A stretch of 64,000 bases of DNA from Pseudomonadota bacterium (lineage in GTDB: Bacteria; Bdellovibrionota_B; Oligoflexia; Silvanigrellales; Silvanigrellaceae): the NCBI GenBank assembly GCA_039799905.1, contig JBDLRP010000006.1:9765-73764 (forward strand), in the 5' to 3' direction. The position numbers were made by a program, and so were the translations under genes. This document shows, one piece after another, positions 56,953-64,000 of this stretch; the stretch's first letter is position 1, and each line of letters begins with the position of its first letter. The notes under the pieces were generated by a model. It was given only the letters and a program-made list of their open reading frames with translations, made no database searches and was not told where the DNA came from.

Positions 56953-58642
56953 ACTGGATGTCGATTTCCGACTGCAGCCCAATCGTGCTCTTTTGTTGCT
57001 GGAGGCGGAGGGTCTGCTGACCACAACACCGCCCGAAAGTTCTCATCTCCGGCGTGGCTCAGCCTTGGCGACAAGTGATTTGAAAATTGTCTGGGACACT
57101 CGGCGGCTGCCGACCGACAAATCAGCTGAGAAGGTCATTTTCGTTGCAAGAAGAACGGAGAGATTCGACACACATTCACATGTCCCCGAATTACTCAACG
57201 ACGGGCACGTTGTCGTTGCGCAGCAGGACTGTCTACAGCCGAGTATCGACGGTGCAGCCGAAAGTGCGGGTGCGACATGGACCAAAGATTTGCAGGCTCA
57301 CCCGAACCTTATCTCCGTTTCATCAGTCGACATGGCGCGTCACCTCTTGCTTCAGTGTTCGAGCGAGGTACATGCGCGCAATTGGACGACAATTGCCATC
57401 ACGGGAACCAACGGAAAAACTAGCACCACGCAAATTGCTGCGACGATGCTGGAGGAACTCAGCCAGAAATCTGTCCTGCGCCTTGGCACGTTGGGAATCC
57501 AGATTGCAGGCCAGATTTTTGATAATCCTTTTCCGACTCAACCGGATTTTGCCGGATTGCTGGCCTCCCTGCGAATGGCGGAAAAGACTTTCACTTGCAA
57601 TCAACTGGTCATGGAGGCGACGAGCATTGGCATCGCTGAAGGACGCCTCGGCCACTGGCCGGTGCAATGTGCGGCGTTTCTGAACCTGACGCAGGACCAC
57701 CTCGATTACCATGGGTCGATGAGCAGCTATCTTGAAGCCAAACTCGACCTCTTCAGACGGCATTTGCATCCGACTGGTCAAGTTGTGCTCAACTGTGAAG
57801 ACCCCGAATGGCAGAAGGTTGTGCGCGCAGCGGCTGGAAAAACACGACTATGCGTTGGATTTGGCAAGAGTCTGATGCGAGACGTATTCTTCGCCGAAGC
57901 ATCGGCTCATTTCTCCGGTGTGCGTTATCTTGAAGTCAGTCATCAGCGGAGTGGCATTGGCGGCATCGCAGGGCAATGGACCTTGTGGCTCGACAAACTG
58001 ACCAGTGTGGCGCAGTGCCAGTACATGGTGCGGCTGCTTGGTGCTGTTCAACATGAAAATGTCTCGGCAGCGGCCGCAATGATGGTCTCACTTGGATATC
58101 CACTCGCGCAGATAGGCGGCATCTGTCAGTCTATCGGCCCAATCCACGGCCGTCTCGAGCCCGTTTCGACATCCGATGACAACGGTCTACCTGCAGTTTT
58201 GGTCGACTACGCACACTCTCCCGATGCCCTGGAAAAGACATTGCAGACGTGCAGAGCGATACTTCCCCGCGAAGGAAAATTGATTTGTGTTTTTGGCTGC
58301 GGAGGTGACCGTGATCCAGTCAAGCGGCCGATCATGGGCAGAATTTCTGCACAACTTGCAGACATAACCTGGGTCACTTCGGACAATCCAAGAACAGAGG
58401 ATCCGCAAACGATCGTCAATGACATTTTGAGAGGCATTCCCGAGGATCGCAGCGGGTGCACTCAGGTGCAAATTGACCGCGGGCGTGCGATTTGCGATGC
58501 CATCGCGGCCGCGTCTGAAAAGGACATCATTCTTATCGCCGGAAAAGGCCATGAGGATTATCAAATCATCGGTGCGACAAAGTATCCGTTCTCTGACTCC
58601 GAGGTGGCTCGACAGGCCCTGAAAAGCAAACGTAAGATTTAA
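56939..58642 (+). CDS. murE: UDP-MurNAc-L-Ala-D-Glu--meso-DAP ligase MurE
   Basis: ITGTNGKTST, NLTQDHLDYH, VDYAHSPD, DNPR (DAP-type) and AGKGHE. Confidence 0.95.
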   Translation: MIGGELDVDFRLQPNRALLLLEAEGLLTTTPPESSHLRRGSALATSDLKIVWDTRRLPTDKSAEKVIFVARRTERFDTHSHVPELLNDGHVVVAQQDCLQPSIDGAAESAGATWTKDLQAHPNLISVSSVDMARHLLLQCSSEVHARNWTTIAITGTNGKTSTTQIAATMLEELSQKSVLRLGTLGIQIAGQIFDNPFPTQPDFAGLLASLRMAEKTFTCNQLVMEATSIGIAEGRLGHWPVQCAAFLNLTQDHLDYHGSMSSYLEAKLDLFRRHLHPTGQVVLNCEDPEWQKVVRAAAGKTRLCVGFGKSLMRDVFFAEASAHFSGVRYLEVSHQRSGIGGIAGQWTLWLDKLTSVAQCQYMVRLLGAVQHENVSAAAAMMVSLGYPLAQIGGICQSIGPIHGRLEPVSTSDDNGLPAVLVDYAHSPDALEKTLQTCRAILPREGKLICVFGCGGDRDPVKRPIMGRISAQLADITWVTSDNPRTEDPQTIVNDILRGIPEDRSGCTQVQIDRGRAICDAIAAASEKDIILIAGKGHEDYQIIGATKYPFSDSEVARQALKSKRKI

Positions 58643-58666
58643 ACAAAAAAGAGGGCGCCCGCTAAA

Positions 58667-59773
58667 ATGTTGCTCGCACTGATTCAAAAGTTCACTGTCT
58701 ATGAACCCAAACTCAATGCTCTGACCTATTTGTCGAGCCGTGCGATTCTCGCATTGATCACTTCAATACTGATATCACTCGCCCTTTATCCGCCGTTTAT
58801 TATGCGCCTACGCGCGATGAAACTTGGTCAGCCAATCCGCGAGCTCGGCCCGGCAACTCATATGGAGAAAAAGGGGACTCCCACCATGGGGGGAGTCGTT
58901 ATTCTTTTCGCCACACTGCTGAGCGCGTTTTTGTGGACAGACTTGAAAAATCATCATCTCTGGACTCTGACTATTGTTACTTTAGCTTTTGGTGCCGTGG
59001 GCTTCTTTGATGACTTTCTGAAAATTACAAAAAAGAATCCCAAGGGGCTCGCAAGTCGCTACAAATATCTGGGACTCTCTGTCGGCGCCTGCATCGCCCT
59101 CGCTTGGCATTTCAGCCAGCCAGGGGCTATCGATCCATCAGCATCAACCCGCTCCAGCCTGTCGGTTATTTACTTTCCCTTTCTCAAAGACGTTTCCATC
59201 AACCTCGGTTGGCTTTATTTGCCATTTGCCTATTTTGTGCTGGTCGGTTCGAGCAACGCAGTGAACCTGACGGACGGGCTCGATGGACTTGTGATTGGTC
59301 CTGTCATCACCTGCTCGATTGCACTGTTGGTGTTGAGCTACGTGACAGGAAATATCGTGCTGGCGAAGTATCTATACTATCACACCGTTGCCGGCTCGGG
59401 AGAGATCGCCGTATTTCTGGCTGCGCTTATCGGCAGCTCGATCGGTTTTCTTTGGTACAATACATGGCCAGCGCAGATCTTCATGGGCGATTCGGGCGCG
59501 CTTCCGCTCGGAGGCATTCTTGGTGCAGTGGCGATGATCACTGGCCATGAAATTCTCTTGGTCATCATGGGAGGCGTTTTCGTCGTAGAAGCGCTTTCGG
59601 TCATTATCCAAGTCGGCTCATTTAAAATGCGTCAGAAGCGCGTCTTTCGTATGGCTCCCATACATCACCATTTCGAAAAGGGCGGCTGGCCGGAACAGAA
59701 GATCACCATCCGCGCCTGGATCATCAGTTTCATGCTCGCGCTTTTCAGTATTCTCACACTTAAATTGAGATAA
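58667..59773 (+). CDS. mraY: Phospho-MurNAc-pentapeptide transferase MraY
   Basis: KGTPTMGG, NAVNLTDGLDG, FMGDSG and MAPIHHHFE. Confidence 0.98.
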   Translation: MLLALIQKFTVYEPKLNALTYLSSRAILALITSILISLALYPPFIMRLRAMKLGQPIRELGPATHMEKKGTPTMGGVVILFATLLSAFLWTDLKNHHLWTLTIVTLAFGAVGFFDDFLKITKKNPKGLASRYKYLGLSVGACIALAWHFSQPGAIDPSASTRSSLSVIYFPFLKDVSINLGWLYLPFAYFVLVGSSNAVNLTDGLDGLVIGPVITCSIALLVLSYVTGNIVLAKYLYYHTVAGSGEIAVFLAALIGSSIGFLWYNTWPAQIFMGDSGALPLGGILGAVAMITGHEILLVIMGGVFVVEALSVIIQVGSFKMRQKRVFRMAPIHHHFEKGGWPEQKITIRAWIISFMLALFSILTLKLR

Positions 59774-59777
59774 GCAC

Positions 59778-61361
59778 ATGGACGTCCGCGGACTTCATAT
59801 TTGGATTGTGGGGGCGGCACGCAGCGGTATTGCAGCCGCCCGTCTGTTGCATGAGCGGGGGGCGAGACTTTTTGTCACCGACCTCGGAAAAATTGGCGAC
59901 GAAGAAAAGAAGATTCTCACCGACCTCAAAATTCCTTTTGAGGAAGGTCAACACACCATCGAAAGACTTCTTAAGGAAGCGCAGCTGGTGGTTCTCTCGC
60001 CGAGTATTCCACTCGACAAACCACTGCCAATGGCTGTCCGCCAGTCGGGAATTCCGCTTGTTAGCGAGATAGAGGTTGCCAGCTGGTTCATCCCGCCATC
60101 GGCAATCGTCATTGGCATTACGGGAACCAACGGCAAGAGCACGACTACCCATTATGCGGCTCAGTTATTTGCGCTGGGGCAAAGGAACTCGGTTGCCTGC
60201 GGCAACTATGGACGTCCGCTTGCCGACGCACTGATGGATCCTGCCCGCTACAACGCCTTCGTCACAGAGCTCAGCAGCTACCAACTGGAGACGACCTATT
60301 CGCTGCAGCCAGACGTCAGTATTTTTCTAAATCTTCAAAACGACCATCAGGCACGCTATGGCTCGTTGGATGAATACCTGAAGGCAAAATGGCGCCTTGT
60401 CGCGCTCACACGATCGACAGGACTCGTCGTCATCGACGAATCGGTCTTGCGGCGCGCGATCGCCATTGGTCTCCCACTACCGGAGAGCCGCATCACGGTC
60501 ATCCGCGGCTTACGAGATGCTCGTGTGCCGTTGACTCCATTGAACGAACATCCTGCCAACCAGACATTGCGCAAAGCGCAGAGTCGCTCACGCGCCCATC
60601 TGCCGATTCCGACCTACGGGTTGACCGCGACGCTTCCCATGGAGGCTCAGATCGATCCAGACAAGCTCTCCTATGTGTGGATTGAAAAATCTTCGACCGA
60701 TGAGCGAGCTGTGACACTGGTGGTGCAGGACTCTCAGCGCGGGTCAGCAAACCTGACTCTTGAGATCAAAGATCCCTGCCTTCCAGGAGTACACAATCAG
60801 ATCAACATCGCGGCCGCGAGCCTTGCGGCAATGCATGACGGCATGCATGCCAATATCATCCGTGCGCAGTGGAATTCGGCAACCACTGTCTACAAGCATC
60901 TTTCTCATCGGCTCGAGGATGTCTCGCGCGGCCGCTTGCTGGTTTCCGCAGGCGGCAACAAAAAATCATTGCGAGCAATCAACGATTCAAAGGCAACAAA
61001 CGTAGAAAGCACGCTCGTAGCTGTGCAAAGCTTTTCCCATTCAATCCGGCTTTTGCTCGGCGGCGAACCCAAGGGTGACTTCTACGGCGAACTGTTGCCC
61101 TACGTGGGAAAAAACATCTGCAAGATTTATCCCTTCGGAAGAGCAGCACCACTCATTTGCCAGCAACTGTCGGGTATCGGTGACCGACTGGCTCCTCCAT
61201 CTGCAAAGATGCTCGACGCCGCGCGGTTGGCACTCGAAGAATCCGAACAAGACGACGTTCTTCTCCTGAGCCCGGCATGCGCAAGTTTTGATGAATTCAA
61301 AAACTTCGAACACCGTGGAGATGCCTTCCGGCATTGGATTCTACAACACATGGAAAAGTGA
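59778..61361 (+). CDS. murD: UDP-MurNAc-L-Ala--D-Glu ligase MurD
   Basis: ITGTNGKSTT, ELSSYQL, NDSKATN and LSPACASFDEF. Confidence 0.95.
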   Translation: MDVRGLHIWIVGAARSGIAAARLLHERGARLFVTDLGKIGDEEKKILTDLKIPFEEGQHTIERLLKEAQLVVLSPSIPLDKPLPMAVRQSGIPLVSEIEVASWFIPPSAIVIGITGTNGKSTTTHYAAQLFALGQRNSVACGNYGRPLADALMDPARYNAFVTELSSYQLETTYSLQPDVSIFLNLQNDHQARYGSLDEYLKAKWRLVALTRSTGLVVIDESVLRRAIAIGLPLPESRITVIRGLRDARVPLTPLNEHPANQTLRKAQSRSRAHLPIPTYGLTATLPMEAQIDPDKLSYVWIEKSSTDERAVTLVVQDSQRGSANLTLEIKDPCLPGVHNQINIAAASLAAMHDGMHANIIRAQWNSATTVYKHLSHRLEDVSRGRLLVSAGGNKKSLRAINDSKATNVESTLVAVQSFSHSIRLLLGGEPKGDFYGELLPYVGKNICKIYPFGRAAPLICQQLSGIGDRLAPPSAKMLDAARLALEESEQDDVLLLSPACASFDEFKNFEHRGDAFRHWILQHMEK

Positions 61362-61405
61362 CCATCCGCACACCTGATGGCTGATGACCACAAGGAGATC
61401 CATCA

Positions 61406-62545
61406 ATGGCAGGCAAAAAAGAACATACCTTCAGCCAGTTTGATGCATACGGCGGTCAAACGCTGTGGTTTCCAGTCATCGCGCTGCTCTCTTTCGGATT
61501 ACTGTTTGTGTACAGCGCATCGAGTGTCTACGCCGGACAAAAATACGGCGACGAGTTTCTGTTCGCCAAAAAACAACTGATATATTTTATACCCGGCGCA
61601 GCAGCCGCCTACATCGGCGCGCGCTTTCCACTTGACAAATTACAACGCTGGGCAACACACATTTTTCTTGCCACGACACTTCTCACGGCTCTGACACTAG
61701 TGCCCGGTGTTGGCAAGAAGATTCTCGGCGCGTCGCGTTGGATCGCAGTGGGCGGATTGCAGATCCAGCCGAGTGAGTTCTTGAAAATATCGTCGGTGCT
61801 TTTTCTTTCCAAGGTTCTCGCTGACAAGAAAATCGACTGGCGGAAGCTCTGTCTGCTGGTTCTTGGTTTTGCCATCCTGCTCAGGCAGCCAGATTTCGGC
61901 AGTTCAGTGATTCTGATGGCAGGCTTATTTGCAGTGCTGTTTTTTTATGGAATCCCCAAACGATATTTCTTTGGTGCAGTGCTGGCGATCCTGCCTTTGA
62001 TCGGTGTTCTCGCCGTTGCGGCACCCTACCGGCTCAAGCGACTCGTCACTTTTCTCGATCCGTTTGCCGACCCGCTCGGTTCCGGCTTTCAGGTGATTCA
62101 ATCATTTGTTGCCATCGCCAGCGGCGGAATCTTTGGCAAAGGCCTCGGTGGAAGCCAGCAAAAACTGTTCTTTTTGCCCGAAGCACACACAGACTTCATA
62201 CTATCGGTGATCGGCGAAGAAATGGGTTTCGTTGGCCTTGCAATCATAATTCTCATCTACGGGATGCTTTTTTACTCACTCCTGCAAGTGCTCGTTGCAG
62301 TCAACAGCGCCTTTGCAAGGATGTTGACCGCAGGCCTGCTGGCCATGCTGGCTTCGTCGACACTCATCAACATGGGAGTTTGTGCCGGACTTCTTCCCAC
62401 AAAAGGACTCACGTTGCCGTTTATTTCATCCGGCGGATCGTCGCTCGTGGCGAATCTTTTTGCGATGGGAATACTGGCGCAGATTCACGCGGCAGCGTAC
62501 ATGCGTCAGCATGGAGGAATACGCGCAGATGTTCAAAGCGATTGA
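61406..62545 (+). CDS. ftsW: SEDS family protein FtsW
   Basis: GASRW, QPSEFLK, QPDFGS, LPEAHTDF and GLTLPFISSGGSS. Confidence 0.95.
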   Translation: MAGKKEHTFSQFDAYGGQTLWFPVIALLSFGLLFVYSASSVYAGQKYGDEFLFAKKQLIYFIPGAAAAYIGARFPLDKLQRWATHIFLATTLLTALTLVPGVGKKILGASRWIAVGGLQIQPSEFLKISSVLFLSKVLADKKIDWRKLCLLVLGFAILLRQPDFGSSVILMAGLFAVLFFYGIPKRYFFGAVLAILPLIGVLAVAAPYRLKRLVTFLDPFADPLGSGFQVIQSFVAIASGGIFGKGLGGSQQKLFFLPEAHTDFILSVIGEEMGFVGLAIIILIYGMLFYSLLQVLVAVNSAFARMLTAGLLAMLASSTLINMGVCAGLLPTKGLTLPFISSGGSSLVANLFAMGILAQIHAAAYMRQHGGIRADVQSD

Positions 62546-63944
62546 CCGAATTCATTTTGTCGGAATTGGCGGCAGCGGTATGTCGGGTCTGGCCGAGGTG
62601 CTGCTCAACCTCGGTTACAAGGTGAGCGGGAGCGACACAAAAGACTCCTCCATCGTCAGGCGGCTGCGCAGCCTCGGAGCCGAAATCAATCAGAACCATT
62701 CCGCCGACAATGTATCTCAAGTGCAAGTGGTCGTTGTCAGCAGCGCTATCAATCCGCAAAATCCGGAGATTCGCGCAGCGCAGCAGGCACGAATTCCGAT
62801 CATCCACCGCTCTGAAATGCTCGCTGAACTCATGCGGCTCAAATATGGGGTCATCGTCGCCGGTACACATGGCAAAACGACGACCACAAGTATCATGGCC
62901 AACGTTCTGCACGAGGCCGGGCTCGACCCAACTGTCGTCATTGGCGGGATTCTCAACTCGACGAATTCTAACGCCAAGTTGGGCAGCGGAGAATGGTTTC
63001 TTGCTGAAGCAGATGAAAGCGACGGCAGTTTTCTAAGGCTCAGTCCGACGGTTGCGGTGGTCACCAACATTGATCGCGACCACATGGACCATTATGAGTC
63101 ATACGATGAGATCGTTTCCGCCTTCTCCGCATTTCTCGACAAAGTTCCCTTCTACGGTGCGATATGCGCATGTATTGACGACCCCGGAGTCCAGCGGGTC
63201 ATTCCAACCCTGCGCAGGCGGATAGTGAGTTTTGGACTCAACAAAGATGCTGACGTCAGTGCGCACGACATCACCCACCTCGGAGGTGTCAGCGAATTCA
63301 CTCCCGTGATCAACGGAAAAAAATTGAGCCGCGTAACGCTGAAAATGCCTGGCCGCTACAATATTTTGAATGCTCTTGCTTCGATTGCCGTGGGTCATGT
63401 GCTGGAGATTTCTCCGCAGCTCACTTGCTCTGCGATTTCAGGGTTCGAGGGTGTCCTGCACCGCTTCACTCAATTGGGGGTTGTCGGACGCGTGGCAGTC
63501 ATCGACGACTACGCCCATAACCCCAAAAAAATTGCGACCGTTCTGGAGGGCATACGCGAAAGCTGGCCCAACCATCGGGTCTGTGCAATCTTTCAGCCGC
63601 ACAGATATTCGCGCGTCAAACATCTGGCAGATGAATTTTCTACAGCCTTCGTTCACGCCGACCACGTCATCGTGACGCCTGTATACGCAGCCAGTGAAGC
63701 TCCGATAGAAGGCTGTGATCACGAGAGCTTGGCGAGTCTCATCCGACAAAACTCATTCCGCGGCTCAACTCTTCCCGTCGAGACCTGTCAAAACCTCGAC
63801 CAAGCGGTCTCACTTGGAATGACCTTCGCGTGCAAACATAAAGAGAACGATCAAGGATGTACGGGCGTATTGCTCATCACTCTCGGTGCCGGAGATGTGC
63901 AGTCCGTAGGCCCCCGTCTCCTGCGGGAATTGAGTGTTTTGTGA
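62529..63944 (+). CDS. murC: UDP-MurNAc--L-alanine ligase MurC
   Basis: IHFVGIGGSGMSGLA, AGTHGKTTTT, EADESDGSF, DDYAHNP and FQPHRYSR. Confidence 0.97.
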   Translation: MFKAIDRIHFVGIGGSGMSGLAEVLLNLGYKVSGSDTKDSSIVRRLRSLGAEINQNHSADNVSQVQVVVVSSAINPQNPEIRAAQQARIPIIHRSEMLAELMRLKYGVIVAGTHGKTTTTSIMANVLHEAGLDPTVVIGGILNSTNSNAKLGSGEWFLAEADESDGSFLRLSPTVAVVTNIDRDHMDHYESYDEIVSAFSAFLDKVPFYGAICACIDDPGVQRVIPTLRRRIVSFGLNKDADVSAHDITHLGGVSEFTPVINGKKLSRVTLKMPGRYNILNALASIAVGHVLEISPQLTCSAISGFEGVLHRFTQLGVVGRVAVIDDYAHNPKKIATVLEGIRESWPNHRVCAIFQPHRYSRVKHLADEFSTAFVHADHVIVTPVYAASEAPIEGCDHESLASLIRQNSFRGSTLPVETCQNLDQAVSLGMTFACKHKENDQGCTGVLLITLGAGDVQSVGPRLLRELSVL

Positions 63945-63950
63945 GGAGTC

Positions 63951-64000
63951 ATGTCGCAACTCAAAAAGCAGACAATCGCCGCGCGGAAACAAGCGCGACG
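63951..64000 (+). CDS. Start of the next dcw gene (basic N-terminus, possibly FtsQ), partial
   Basis: GAGGAG RBS then ATG-SQLKKQTIAARKQAR, running off the right edge. Confidence 0.45.
   Translation, partial: MSQLKKQTIAARKQAR

Noticed and set aside
62382..62528. N-terminal extension of MurC in the ORF track
   Set aside because: It overlaps ftsW; the real start is ATG 62529 after GGAGG.

Overview
A 64 kb chromosomal window of mostly housekeeping genes from a Gram-negative bacterium. By gene content it looks like Bdellovibrionota (Oligoflexia/Silvanigrellales-like); this is inference, no phylogeny was run. In order it holds: a bactofilin, a 2Fe-2S protein, an enoyl-CoA hydratase, nusB-ribH, a divergent pair of MCAD-like and VLCAD/ACAD9-like acyl-CoA dehydrogenases, a CbpA-type DnaJ and an Slt lytic transglycosylase. 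A long minus-strand run follows (thioesterase-ntrY-ntrX-flippase-rnpB-metK-TPR-dsbA-tatB), then two convergent isocitrate dehydrogenases, an RluA-family gene, coaE, era-rnc-mnmA, an MBL hydrolase, a DEDDh exonuclease, SurA, a UvrA-like protein, amgK/murU, a LysM lipoprotein and a reduced dcw cluster (rsmH-ftsL-ftsI-murE-mraY-murD-ftsW-murC). I saw no CRISPR array, tRNA, rRNA, transposase or prophage. Best leads: (1) a 39.4-47.8 kb neighbourhood of altered NER-like parts: a UvrA with one ATPase site coherently inactivated and no insertion domain, a TPR protein with an EVE/PUA-like C-terminal domain, and a DEDDh exonuclease fused to a degenerate UvrC-type GIY-YIG region; (2) an NAD-type IDH whose Thermus-type C-terminal domain is a separate gene; (3) several sigma28 (FliA)-like promoters in front of non-flagellar genes; (4) a ribbon-helix-helix-like protein flanked by disordered regions. 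All family calls come from reading motifs by eye; no database searches were run.
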